A stretch of 62,274 bases of DNA, filler included, from Choristocarpus tenellus KU-1152 (taxonomy: Eukaryota; Protista; Phaeophyceae): NCBI GenBank assembly GCA_964200185.2. It is 12 parts of 12 records of this genome, joined end to end, with 100 filler letters (N's around TTAATTAATTAA, not from the genome) between each part and the next. Parts side by side here need not be neighbours in the genome. Positions count along the whole stretch, not along the records: positions 1 to 3,296 come from CAXNAD020020967.1; positions 3,397 to 10,590 come from CAXNAD020006558.1; positions 10,691 to 14,555 come from CAXNAD020017500.1; 9 more parts are not named here. One strand, 5' to 3'. A program made the translations under genes and the position numbers. Numbering within the stretch: position 1 is the first letter of the stretch; every line of letters starts with the position of its first letter. Of the stretch, positions 1-12,588 are shown piece by piece. The notes under the pieces were generated by a model. It had not been told where the DNA came from. It saw nothing but the letters and a program-made list of their open reading frames with translations, and ran no database searches.

Positions 1-575
1 ACGGAGGGGTTTGTTGGATTCTTGGGATGCCTCCCTTGCTCCCCCCCCCGGGGCGCAGGAGTAGGTAGATGGGAAGCACAGGAAGGCAGTAGTACAATAT
101 TGACAGTGGGGAAGTAACTGATTAGTGTTTTTCACACTTACAGTGTTATATAGTCTATCACATATATGATATTTGTTTTCTTTAGGGCTAACGACATTTG
201 TATAGTTTTCATTTGTTTTGCCCCTGACACATGTGCAAGATGTCAGAGGGCATAATAATATAAATAAATAGAAGCCATTGATCCACAAACTTTAAAGTGG
301 CAATACCCTCCATAATGTCGTCAGACATGATGAGGTGTGCACTGTCAATTTTTGTGTGTGCGTGTGTTACGAAGCGTATTCTGATCAGTGGCTTTGCCAC
401 CAGGCACAACGGTCTGCGGAGAGCGAGATTTCAATAGTAGGTTGCGTATGTGTGCTCCAATAATATGAGGATATTTATTGTGTGTTGCATCTGGGGAACA
501 AGCAATCAAGACTGAAACTTGAATCCTCTCTGCAAGGTGATGTATGAAGGTGGATTATTAATGAAAGACCTTTCG

Positions 576-653
576 TACAGTAGTACTTCGTACCTAGTAC
601 TTTGAGGCATAGTAGTACTTCGTACCTAGTACTTCGAGGTACAGTAGTACTTC
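576..653. repeat. Short tandem repeat (~33-bp unit built on AGTACT palindromes)
   Basis: agtagtacttcgtacctagtactt(t/c)gagg(c/t)a repeated about 2.4 times. Confidence 0.8.
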
Positions 654-1206
654 TTGCTGTGCTAGTTACAATTAACAAATTAACAAATGTAATCTTGTGT
701 ATCTATGTAATGGAACTAGCTAGAATGAACAAATGTAACCTCAAGGGGGGAGATCTTCTCATCCAGAAACTGTTGATACCTTGTAAATTATAGGGCTAGC
801 CAGTAGGGTTAGTTACTACTCATCCAGTAGATGTATCAAACCTTGTAACTGTTAATACCTTGACTTATTCCTTGCTTAAGCAGGGCATCACACAAGAGAT
901 TCCTCAGTGGTAGGTACATATGTAACACAGTATACATACGCTAGATGGGTGGAAAGATCGGGTAGGGGGACCGACCAGGATCTGACGATGCTTGCGCTGT
1001 ACTATCGTTTGCATGGTGGATAATTACCAGGGGTCACTGGACCGAATCCTGCTGTCTTGTTCGATGTAAGTGGTAGATTATATTTTGTGATAGACAAACT
1101 GCACACACACTAGACGTACAGGTTGACTATACAGATAGATGTTCGCTTCCATCAACCAAGTGAATAGCTCATCATGGAGAGGAGCAATCTAGGATATCAT
1201 CCTCTG

Positions 1207-1382
1207 GACCCAAAATATTTGGGGGGGGGGAGGTCTACACCAGGGTATCCATTTGGTCCATAAGCAGGAAAAGTGTATTTACATTATCCATCCGACGTAT
1301 GCAACCAAATCACCCCAAAAATGCGATATTAAAACATTGGCCCCAAATGGACAGGCGCCACCCCCCCCAGATACTTTGAGTC
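1207..1382 (+). mobile_element. MITE family A, full-length
   Basis: TIRs GACCCAAAATATTT-G10 / C8-AGATACTTTGAGTC; subterminal TCCATTTGG / CCAAATGGA; flanks tctg / tcta. Confidence 0.9.
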
Positions 1383-1653
1383 TCTAACTTTTCTTATTAA
1401 AGAGTTTTTTAATCAGAGGGCACGTTAAAGAAAGGCATACTGTGTTCCTTGGTCCTTTTCTTTTCTTCTGTACTAAAGCACCACTATGCAAAAACATTCC
1501 AGAAAGAGGTTTGATCCCCAGAACATGATGCAATATGTGTTAAAACATTTAATGGTTCCTACTTCAATATACAGTACACGGCAGTCGGAACAGAAAAAGA
1601 GGAAAGATCTACTGGCTTGTTCCAGCGGGCACCAGAACCAGCTACCAAACAAC

Positions 1654-1830
1654 GACCCAAAGTATCTGGGAGGGGGGGAGTCTACACCAGGGTGTCCATT
1701 TGGCCCATTACCAGGAAAAGTGCACTTACATTATCCATCCGACGTATGCAACCAAATCACACAATAATCGCAACATTAGAATATTGACCCCAAATGGACA
1801 GCCGCCACCCCCTCCCCCAGATACTTAGAG
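1654..1830 (+). mobile_element. MITE family A, right tip abutting a Copia LTR
   Basis: GACCCAAAGTATCT ... AGATACTTAGAG, followed immediately by TGTTAAG (LTR end). Confidence 0.9.
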
Positions 1831-2151
1831 TGTTAAGCTGTCCTTGACGATCTGTTGTCCCACACAACCAGTTACATTATTGTTTATTAGCTTGTATCAC
1901 ATTTGAGAAGAGAGTGAGATACCATCACTGGGTGGGATTCACCAATCCTTACATTGAATGACTCAGAATACCAAATGACTCAACAGTTCTCTAGCACACG
2001 TCAGAAACACTCCGACTCTAACAGTCCGCCAATTGCTTCTGGTCAAATACCCTAACCCTAAGTATTCTTAATATCTTGCATTGTCGTCTGTGCATACATG
2101 AAATAATATTTAATATCGTATTCTCACAAATCGTCAAGCATAATCTTGACA
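1831..2151 (-). mobile_element. 3' LTR of a Copia retrotransposon (321 bp)
   Basis: On the minus strand the PPT AGGGGAGTG (2160-2152) is followed by TGTCAAG...CTTAACA, i.e. TG..CA ends with 7-bp imperfect inverted termini, downstream of the RNase H ORF. Confidence 0.75.
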
Positions 2152-2326
2152 CACTCCCCTGCTCTGACTATGCTGTGAGAATCAAATTGGTCCAACATTA
2201 AATCCCAACTTGAATGAACTCTATCTGCACGCTTCGAATCTTATTCCCACACATGGACAAGCAAAATCTTGACACTCACCCCTGCTCTGTCCATACATCA
2301 TGAATCCAATTAACTCAATCTGTATA

Positions 2327-3219
2327 CTACCCCTTACAGTGCATGATAGTTCTAGTATGTTTAAAGACGTTACCACTCAAAGTCTTCGTGAACAAATCTC
2401 CGTGTTGTTCACCGGAGTTTACATACACAATCTGTGCCTTCCCCTCCTTCACCAAGTTTCTAACATGATGATATATAATATCTTTACGTTTTGTCCTACC
2501 CCCCGAAGCTGTCTTCTCATCCAACTTGATTACCCCACTATTGTCTTCAAACAATCGACAAAATACTTGTGCATAGTTGGCTCCAAAAAAAATTGGACTT
2601 GCTGCAAAAACATAACCTCCTTGGCCAAATCACACAACGACACATACTCAGCCTCAGTTGTAGATAAAGCAACAGTTTCTGCATTTTTAACCACCAGCTC
2701 ACACATGCACCCTCAAACATTGCCACGCCACCAGACACAGAAAATCTTGAAATCACACAATTGGCGTAGTCTGCATCAGCATAGCAAATGAGTTGGTCCT
2801 TAGGTGTATTCCCATAAAAACTGAAATCACCATGAGTCAAACCTCTCTTGGTTGTCCTCAACAAATAAGCAATTTCTCTTTCAGTCCCCTTCCAATCCGA
2901 AACTGTGGGATTTACACACTTTATCACTAGGCTCCTTACCGCAGATGATACATCGGGTCTGGTCATAATGGATGCCCACATCAAGCTCCCAACCTTTGCA
3001 CAATATCCATCTCTAACTGGTCCCTCCTCAATAAACTCTTTGGTGGCAACAGCAGGAAGGTCACAGCCAATCGTGATCCCACATCTTGCCGCCAAGGTTT
3101 CAACATATACCTGCTGGTCTATGGAAACTGTCCCTAGTCCACAATCCCTGTTTATGCGACATCCCACAAACTGTTCCTTCTCCCCAAGGTACTCTACAGG
3201 GAATTTCTTGTTCAGTCCT
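2327..3219 (-). pseudogene. Ty1/Copia pol fragment (RT C-terminus plus RNase H), frameshifted
   Basis: Motifs VGSLMWASIMTRPDVS, YADADYA..RFSVSG..VSWW, FEDNSG, RTKRKDIIYHHVR, QHGDLFTK across ORFs 2547-3296 and 2327-2554; interrupted by a MITE at 3220. Confidence 0.92.
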
Positions 3220-3296
3220 GGGTCAAAGTATCTTGGGGGGGGTCCGTTTTTCACCCTTTTTTCTATTTTTTCTTTTTTGGTGTGATTTGGTCGCAC
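3220..3296 (+). mobile_element. MITE family C end (truncated by contig end)
   Basis: GGGTCAAAGTATCTT-G8-TCCGTTTTTCACC; the same end recurs at 14471, 57703 (reverse) and 62255. Confidence 0.8.
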
Positions 3297-3396
3297 NNNN
3301 NNNNNNNNNNNNNNNNNNNNNNNNNNNNNNNNNNNNNNNNTTAATTAATTAANNNNNNNNNNNNNNNNNNNNNNNNNNNNNNNNNNNNNNNNNNNN
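3297..3396. other. Artificial contig-joining linker (first of 11)
   Basis: N-run, TTAATTAATTAA (stops in all six frames), N-run; 100 bp. Identical linkers at 10591, 14556, 21600, 27192, 32781, 38780, 43014, 49787, 54643 and 57534. Confidence 0.99.
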
Positions 3397-3465
3397 CAAA
3401 AATCGCGATATGAGAAAATTGACGTCAACTGGACAGCCGACACCCCCTCCCAGATACTTTGGGCC
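3397..3465 (+). mobile_element. MITE family A right half
   Basis: AAAATCGCGATATG...GGACAGCC...CCCAGATACTTTGGGCC. Confidence 0.85.
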
Positions 3466-6400
3466 TCAGCAGGCATAACAATAAATAAATAATACATATG
3501 GCATGGTACAAGTTCCAAGTACTTTCATACTCCACTACTATTACCAAAAAAGAAATACTCACAACAGGCAACATGATGAGAGACCCAACTTGAGTGCCAT
3601 CAAACGAAGCTCTAGGTACCTAAAGTTTTACCTGGCTAACTACATTTCATGACTAATAAGCAATCAGCACACCTACCTACCTACCTCCCTGCCTACTACA
3701 TACAGTACCATGGAGGTCTCCAAAATCTCAATCTTTTGCAAGAAGCACCTGGGAATGCCCCAGGACCATCACCACCACATGCATGTGTCACTATATGATA
3801 ATATGTAACTATTAATAATAAAAAAAGGTGATGGTGCTTCAGAACAAGGGAAAAACAAGGGCTTTCCTTGATGTATTATTGAGCCCTCTGGCGAACATTT
3901 CTTCCTAGCGACCTCACAGGATCTAGGTTGGATCCATTGCAAGTATCCTTATCCATCAGCAGTATAATGCCGGTTGATGTACAACAGAAAGCAGAATAGA
4001 TCCCCATCGTGTATGATGAATTCCTCATTCCCTCTTGTGTGCATTGCTCCGACATATTATTATTATAATTAAAAGTGCGATTTTGGGCACTCGATACACA
4101 GTAACACTAATTAAAATAGCACAGAATTGTCACGTTTTTTTTAGGTACATAGAGTTCCAGCCCTAACAGTCTTTTGGAGGGAAAAATAACTGACAATAAT
4201 GGGAGAAGCTACAAGGATTTTTTTTGTCTCTGACTGCTGAAACCTAAACCAAACTTTTTTTTAAGATATACAGTATGTATGACTCAGATCCCAAATCAGA
4301 CCAAGGTGCTCAGAATGCTTCCAAAGAAACCAGCACACTATTCTTATTCTACAATTTGTTCCCCCTCTTAAGAATGACTAAACATGTTTTTCTGTGGAAA
4401 ATGGTGGGAACAGATAGATGCAGTGGAACAAGTGTTTACACTTTTTGAACAATAGCAGTAGCAGTGTTCGTAGTGAGGTAGAAAGCACGAGATGGTGCAC
4501 TCTCATTCATTTCTAATTTTCATACCTGTTATACGTAGGGTTAGGGTTAGACGAACTACACTGGAGATTGAAAACAACTGAATCCACGTAAACAGGGTAC
4601 TGATGACCTCAAGCCACAAATAATCATCTGGAGCAACCCCCTACAAGCTCCTCATTACCGAGGAGTGTTCCCCACGACAGGATGGATGGCAGCATACTAT
4701 TATTGCAGGATAAGGACTATTGAATGGCGTCCACCTTGTAAAGTATATACTCAAAAGATACTTTTGAGTCAATATGGCGCTTCCAACTGCAGCTCTTTAT
4801 CCCTGACTTGTAGGAAAACAATAGACACCAACACCTCTCTTGCCTCTCACCACCAGCCACTCCTTCAATGATCTCAAAATTCACAATCAATACCACTATC
4901 TCTCCGCTGACAACAATATTAATTCGTGTAGGTACATGCCATTGCTTCTTTCGATTGCTGATTTTAAAACTACCAACCAGCGTAAAATATTAGATTCCTT
5001 CCTGGTTAGTTTTGGGGCTAGTATCAACCTACACTCCCCTTCGCAATTGGGTACAGACAAAGTGTATCCATGTGTATCTGTTGTCTGGACCAAGTTAAAA
5101 AAAAAAATCGTTTCAACTGATTCCGAAAATGACAAGCAAAACAATTTTTATTAGCACACCCACCCGACTAACTCAACACCCAATGCAACTGTTGTACACC
5201 TAATTTTGAGCCCTATCTTCATAATATTCCACCCTATGCAGATAAACCACAAAACCCTATAACCCTAATATTCAAACCACCAGGACAAAACAAGAGTCCT
5301 CACACCTCCAATAAAATAATTATAATAAATATTATATACATATATACATACATACATACATAATTTTTTTCATTTTTTTTTTACAAGTCTTGTTTGCTTC
5401 AGAGAGGGAGACATAAGAACCATCTTATTCCTCCCCTTGTCCCACCCTCCTTGTCCCCCGTGCTCCCGAAAAGAAGAAAACCCTCAAAAGTAGTAGCACC
5501 TTTACCTACCTCCACTATGGCTCTCACGTGAGCGTCGTTCCTGGAATGGGGCCGATTAGGACCATGAGCGACTCCACCCACGAGGGAGCAACAGGGGCAG
5601 CCTCATATAGAGGACATCAACAACCAGAAAATGAAAAATCAAAGAAAAATAGTGTCTGACCGGAGAAGGTTGTGACAGTTGCAGCGCTTTGTGGAGAGAG
5701 TTGAACTTTGCAGTAAAAAATAATAACAGACAAAAAAAACAAATTGTATCAAATGAACACCGCGAGTCCACTGTCGATGAGTTTTTTTTATTTCATTAAC
5801 CGAAAAAATATATATAATTGGAAAAAAAACTCTTGATGCAACAAAAAAAACATAGGACAAAGAATAAATATATGATACAAGTCTTGACAAATAAAAAAAT
5901 GTAAACAGGGAGGCTGTAAACGGAGGCTACGGGTGGGGTTAGGGTTAGGGGTTGGAGAGTGTGAAGAAGGAGTCGTAACAGCAACTAAATTGATATCACA
6001 GGTATGTTCAGAACATTTTTAAAATTGAACATCAGAGAGAGGGGATGACAAATGGTGAGTGGGAAGGAGGGGGGGGGGGAAGGACGAGGCACTGGTGCAC
6101 ATCACAAACCATTAAATATAAACCCTTAACTCTTTCAAGTCCTTGTAGAAAAAAACATAAAAAAGAGTGCATTGACACAAACAAACAAAAAATCCTGATC
6201 GATGTTGTAGTCATCTCTTGAACTTCCACTAAAGACCACAACAGGCTATTTGAGGCAACACGCCTACCAAGACTGTGGTATCATCACCATCATCCTATCC
6301 CGCAAAAAAAAAGAAGTGCAATGTAGTCAAAAAAAAAAAAATCAATAGTGTGGCAACTCTGAGGACAGACTGGAGATTCCTGCCCACCAGCTATTGGGGG

Positions 6401-7449
6401 GATCGATGGATTGGCATGACATTAAAAGGTGTACCACTAGATACATAACACTTCCAGTACATTTCTTCAATATCGTACTCCATACTGTCATCAGTATGAC
6501 ATAAAAAGGTATACCACCAGATACATACATACCCCTGTCAACCTCTCCTGTATTTTTCTCATGGGTTGCTCATTAACGTTTGGCAACTTCATGAACACTT
6601 TATACTGTGAAGATAAAAGAAGAAGTAGTCCATGCACACCATGTGAACATCATCTGCCGTGTAATTATATTTGCGGGGAGTGAGCAGGCAACAAACAGCA
6701 AGCAATGATGTGTGCTATTTGGGACCCACACATCATATATGAGGGCTCTTTGTTGTACTTGGCCAGACCGTGAATGTACCAAAGAGCTGTTTTCTGTAAG
6801 CAGAACAAATTAGACATGGACACACGGACACAGGGACCTTTCCACATCTTAACAAAGGGCTCCAAACAGTTTACAAGCTCCTCAATAGCATGCTGTAATA
6901 ATGTAAAATAGTAGTTAGTGCACGGTCATGCACGCACACGTCAACATCCACTTCAGTATGGAAAAAATAAAACCCAACAACCTCCCATAATAGATGATGA
7001 GTGTAATTGAGATATAACCTATTCATCATTTCGTTGTTGTTTTTTTCTTTGGGGATCCTTGAAAGGAGCATCGTGTTCTGAAACAAACCCATGAAGATTG
7101 GACCAGATAGTATAGACACGCTTCAATATTGTCTAGTTAGTGTGGCTCGAGGTACAAAAAATAGTTTCAAATGGATATAGTAGATGGAGAGTAGGTGCTG
7201 TTGAGCTCGTTGAAGTCAATTGAGCCAGGCCAGATGATGAATGGGCTAAGATCAATAAATCAAACCACTTCACTTCGTGACTTCACGCCCAAGTGAATCT
7301 TCTGTCCAAACAAAATCAAAGAAAGAGGTGTACACTCAGGGTAGTGTCTATATTCAACACATCTGCTGCAGAGGTAAGGCTCAACCTATGTGTTGCTCAT
7401 GAGTTTCAACTTCTTTACTAAGGGGGAATGTAGACACTGCTTGTAGATA

Positions 7450-9770
7450 TCACACAGCTCTTATCCAACCACTACTCCATCTGATACACAGTGAGGTTCA
7501 GACAGTGAAGAGCGTCGATTAGAGTGTTTGCAACTGTATGGTGATACATACAGTGGGGTGTCCAGACTATATTTGTTTCAACACGCATTGGTTTCTTTCC
7601 ATCTCAATTTTGGTTGTTCTACACAAACTTTCTTCTCCTCGATGGTATGAGTAGCAGGGATGCCATACCAAGCCACCATGTCACAGTCGAACCAGAATAT
7701 TAGCAGCAATGGGTATCCATCTCAGATACCCCACAGGGGTGCATTCGTCCCTTGGGGATCAAGTGCGCAATGCACTTAGCAACCTGCCTCACTCAACGCC
7801 CACCCAGCACCATACAATCCTCTTCAACCTCCAAGTATCAGGTGATCTTATCCTTGCTAGGTTTATTTCCCTCCTGCTGAGCAACATGGCCACTGCAGGA
7901 TTACCGGTCGCCAAAGTTGCTCCACCTACAATTCGATAGCTCAGATTGTAACAAACATGCATATCTATTGCTGCTATCTATCCTCAACAAGGTACCTTGG
8001 AACCTTAAGTGCTTATAGACTACTTGAAATGCAAGACAAGCCACTCAGATATATGGCACCTATTCTAGAATTCCTTGTATTCAGGGAAGAATCAATCCAT
8101 GCTTAGTGAACCAATGAGTGTGTTGCTGCCATGGCATTCAAGCCCTCTCGTCCTGAGTGTTCCTTGGAGTTTTTTAACTCCCATGACTACATCAATAAAA
8201 TCTGGGGAGATTCCTTGAGGTCTTCAGGTATGTGTTCCTTGTGGCAGATTCCAAAATTGGCCTCCATCTTGTTGCAGAGTCCTAGTACTCAAGATGCGCA
8301 AGGGAAGTTTGGGAACCTGAAATGAGTTATGCAGTACCACTCTTCTAGACTACTGCCATTCTTGGCTTTAGGTAGTAGAATCAAATCCTCAGTTCTCGTT
8401 ACCTCAAACTGCTCTCTTTTCGAAAGTACGGGTGCGCTCTGTTGTCTTACTGCCAACCAAGCTTTCTTGGTAGGGAGTAAGGTACGTTCGCCCCAGATCC
8501 ACACAAAGATACCTCTTATTCCCTGAGGAGCTGAGCATGGCAATTCGTACAATTCTCGTTCCGAATATCTTACGTCTATCACCATCATGAATGTTGAGAA
8601 GGGGCGTGCTTGATCCTTGTTGCTCAACTTCTCCTATTGTTGTGGTCAACTTCGACTGGATGTGGGTGAGTTTACAGACGGTGGACAGAACCCATGTGCA
8701 GGCGGGTGCTCTCCGGCCAGGTTGCCCGAAAAATACGAAACCCGTTTCTTCAACAATTGTTGCACTTTAGACAGTACTCACATTGGCTGGGTTAGGAGAA
8801 ATAACCATCTGCACGCCTGTTGTTCTCTTGAATAATGATAGCAGGTTGAAGGTATTGGAAGAGCTCCACCTCGAATGTGTGGACCACCAATGAGTTGGCA
8901 CATCCTGCATCACCCACTTGGGCTCGATTCTCATTATTTTATGCATCTTCTCTCAGTGCTCGTTGCGCCGACCGTACTTGGAATATGCACCTGCTGCCCA
9001 AGACCTGATTTAATGGCTTCTTTAGCTCCTCATCGTACTGAAGGTAATACCGCCATACGCTCCAAACAGTGATTTATGCAATGATGGGCGATGATGCGGT
9101 GATCTTCCTTCAGTAACCACCCCATCTTCACCATGGATGGCTTACAGTCTATCACAAACGCTTTTACCCTTGCAATAAGTCTTTGAACTGCTTGTATTGC
9201 TTTGGGTCGGTTCCTTATGTTGATAAATACACATCCCACCCACCACATACAGCCCTAACCCTCAGTCTCCAAAACGTCTTCCATGGTGGAAACGAAGAAC
9301 AAGAAAATCCTCTTTCTTTTTTGGTCCCTCGTTTCATGATAAAATTTTCAGGTCCTGGCTGCCCAAGGACAAAACCGAGACGTTGACGGATTCTGTTGGC
9401 TCCTGTGGGAAACTCAAATCCCATGTCTCTGTGATTGAGCATCAGATCCAATACTTAACAGGAAGGGAGGTGGGTAGAACGGTAGATCAATCTCCTTTTC
9501 GACGCGGCTTTGTTCATTGTTGACAAACCTGTCACAGTTTGAGTACGTCTGATCCCGACCCTAGGAAACTAGAAACACTTGCCTCGTTCAACTTTACGTC
9601 GTTGAGCTAAAGTGTAAACTATCCTATGCCCATCCATGCATATGGAACATTGGTAAGTTCGACATTTTCTGACGCATGAAAAATTCCAAGATTGCTCTGT
9701 CCGTGATGTCCGTCCATGACCTGGTGGGTTCTCGTGCCACGGATACCCGGAGCCTTGTCCCAACCTCGCT
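7450..9770 (-). mobile_element. Highly degenerate non-LTR (LINE) retrotransposon remnant
   Basis: LILLPKAKNGSSLEEWYCIT (~8390-8330) resembles LINE RT domain 1 (I.LIPK...YRPIS); a GGL motif lies further downstream; intronless, many stops; boundaries approximate. Confidence 0.45.
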
Positions 9771-10690
9771 GTATTCCTTAGTGGATATGAAATTTACCTA
9801 GATTTAATGAGAAATACTTCCGATCGTGGGGAGTATAATAACAGTTGCAGTAGAGTTGAGTCGTAGCATTTTCTATCGCTCTAACCAAGTTGATCCCAGG
9901 TCTGTGTTTTGGAGTTCGTATTTCAATAGTTTCCGACTTAGTTTCTTTTCTTTTCCACCCCCGATCCCCCCACGAATGTTTGCTCTACCGACACAAAACA
10001 AGTATAATATTTCGTCGACCTGTTTCTGTGCCTAATATATATTCCATGCCGAGGTGACTGGCTTACCCGGCCTTCGAAATAGCTTGAAGTATGTAGTCCA
10101 CGTGGGAAAGATACAACATATCTATCATACGAACTGGGGCTACGACGTACTGTAGGTGTGCGCCATAATTAACTTTTCCGAAGCGGTCGAAGTATAGCTC
10201 TTGATGAACCACTTACCTTCCTCTAATCGAAGTTTATCCCTCGAACCAAATAAATTTTGAGAGAGGAGGTACTGTCTGTGTCTGTGACCCTGAAGTCTTG
10301 TGCATGCCTACACGGTGTATCACACTGGATCTCCCACTTTGATCATGCACAACTTACTACCACATGTTCGATTAGACTCTTCCAACTCTATCGGACAGTT
10401 AAGGCAAAATATGTATGGAGTAATGGAACAATCAATTAGTGGTTGAGTTATCAGCACCTTTTACTAGTAATTAGTTGAGAATTTTTCTCATATAAAAGGA
10501 AATATTTCTGATTTTATGGGGCCTTGCATGCCCCACCTCTATTTAATCAATCACTCTACAGACACCAAGCAATCTCGCCGGGTTTATCACNNNNNNNNNN
10601 NNNNNNNNNNNNNNNNNNNNNNNNNNNNNNNNNNTTAATTAATTAANNNNNNNNNNNNNNNNNNNNNNNNNNNNNNNNNNNNNNNNNNNN

Positions 10691-10712
10691 CCCCCCTCAG
10701 ATACTTTGAGCC
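10691..10712 (+). mobile_element. MITE right TIR (contig start)
   Basis: CCCCCCTCAGATACTTTGAGCC. Confidence 0.75.
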
Positions 10713-10911
10713 TTTTTTCTATAAAGTGACTCTTATGGTGAACAGAAAAACAAAGTTAACGTGTCAGATACAAATGAGACTTGATCATCAAGACAATTAC
10801 AGTCCAACAGGTGAAAGACAGTGGAGCCACAGAGCTTGTTCTGTAGCGCTCAGAGCTAATTATAGCACCATGCGGTCCAGGCAACACAGTACATGTATTG
10901 TGGACAAATAA

Positions 10912-10946
<35 letters not shown>

Positions 10947-10999
10947 CACACATAGATATTGGTGCAAGTCTGATATACGAATAACATATTGGACATCTA

Positions 11000-11530
11000 G
11001 TAACAATCCATAGAAATTGATATAAGAGCATCAAAGAATTGCCTGCTGATTTTGGACTTTGATGATAATTCACCAGCAGGGGTGGACAACCCCTTTGCGT
11101 GTTCAGTTCATTGAATGATTCATTCAAGCGCTTCAACTTGTACTCCTAACACATTTGTTGGATCTGACAACTTCCCGATGATAACTCGTTAGGACACATC
11201 CCATCCCCTGTAAAGCTCGGCTGGATCCAATTCTTCAATGCTTCTTCTGGTCTCAGAGGTCCTCTCTTGCCATTTGATTGACAGGTTCTGAGAGACCTTT
11301 CAGCTCCAAAAGACGATCAAAGATTGTGGATAACTTGTCGTTCCTTTTCCATCCCTCTTGATCGAGGAATAGTCCCATATTTCCGATCTTGAAAGACTGG
11401 TGCCATTGCCAACAATACAGTCAGTCTTGTTGCAGGGTGAAACTCCACAGCCCTTTTCCCATTAACACCCCCTGGATCTCTACCAACTCCCTGTGCAATC
11501 AATTCATTCACCTTTTGTCTAAGAATCGGT
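11000..11530 (-). mobile_element. Degenerate LINE RT N-terminal fragment
   Basis: EALKN..TGDGMCPNEL and LNESFNELNT..G.PP..KSAGN resemble RT domain 0/1 (K.PG.DG.P..LFN..G.VP..W..IPK). Confidence 0.45.
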
Positions 11531-12510
11531 CAACCATTCCATGTGTCAAGGGGGTGAGGGTAATCAAAAGTAGGAGTGTCCAAAGATCCTTGATAGTGAT
11601 ACTGCTACTATTACTTGCCACTATTATAAATAGTTCCATTAGCAGAATGGAAAAAAAACTGAAGATCCTTGATAGTGATACTGCTACTATTCCTTGCCAC
11701 TATTACAAATAATATTAATATTCCTAAATGGTGTATTTTCAAATTTAAATAGTTCCATTAGCAGAATGGATTTTTTTTTTTCATTTTCAGATTTTGTTTA
11801 AATATAAATTGGAGGACTAATTTATAAAACAATACAACTTTTGAATTGTAAAAAAAAAAACGCTTTTACTTCTCACTACAATATTACTTAAAGTAATAAA
11901 AAATGTGCTAAGGTATGATAATATAAAATATATATTTTTAAATCATAGAAGCAAAAGGATTCACTTCACGTTTTGAAAAACAAAACAAAACGTAAGAAAA
12001 AATGTTACCACAACAACGTACAGCACATAATAATAATAATAATAATCGTCATTATTAGTACACAGTAACAGTGCAGTAGTTCCTACAAGTATAATCAGGT
12101 ATCATGCTAACCCCAAGCACCCAAGATCACACACACACCGACTACATAAATAATTTCTACAACAAAAATAAAAAATACTCCCCCCACCTAGTACATTGTG
12201 CAGACAGGCAAGCACGTGGTGGCACTTAAAAACATACCCTCAACACTCAAGCTATCCATAATACTACCAATACTACTTACTATACTACTATACTACCACC
12301 ACTACTACTATTAGTACCACCACTACCACTACTATTATTATTATTATTATTACCACATCATACGGCAATATAAGCATACTGCAAACCCCACAAACAAATA
12401 TAAAATAAAAAATACTACACCACTGTCTCCCGTTCCCATCACCCTCTACAATTCAACTAAACATTCCGCAAGTCACACTCCACAGTGTTCATGACCAAGG
12501 GGAATCTTAC

Positions 12511-12588
12511 CATATCGATGGAGAAGTCTATGTCATTGAAGTGTCCTGTGAGGGCAGGCAAGTGTTGCACAGACAGAAGCTGCAGGAC
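12511..12588 (-). CDS. TBC-domain (Rab-GAP) protein, internal exon
   Basis: ctag|VLQLLSVQHLPALTGHFNDIDFSIDM|gtaag; 78 bp, phase 0/0; continues the 13971-14171 exon in frame; TBC LL...LP.L..HF motif. Confidence 0.85.

Noticed and set aside
740-1120. PPT-like AGGGGGGAGA followed by an LTR-like stretch
   Set aside because: No TG..CA boundaries, second LTR or adjacent pol sequence could be identified.
1486-1767. Recurring peptides such as KYLGGG..TPGCPFGP and LLGSVNILVPDTPFH in many small ORFs
   Set aside because: Translations of non-coding MITE A/B copies; frames are not conserved between copies.
3297-3396. Repeated TTAATTAATTAA motif flanked by Ns, and ORFs ending in ...XXXLIN
   Set aside because: Artificial scaffold linker. 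Adjacency of contigs and ORFs crossing the gaps carry no biological meaning.
5510-5705. Possible small minus-strand exons (FNSLHKALQLSQPSP; ...HSRNDAHVRAIVE|gtag)
   Set aside because: Donor sites are plausible, but acceptors and phase are uncertain and there is no recognisable homology.
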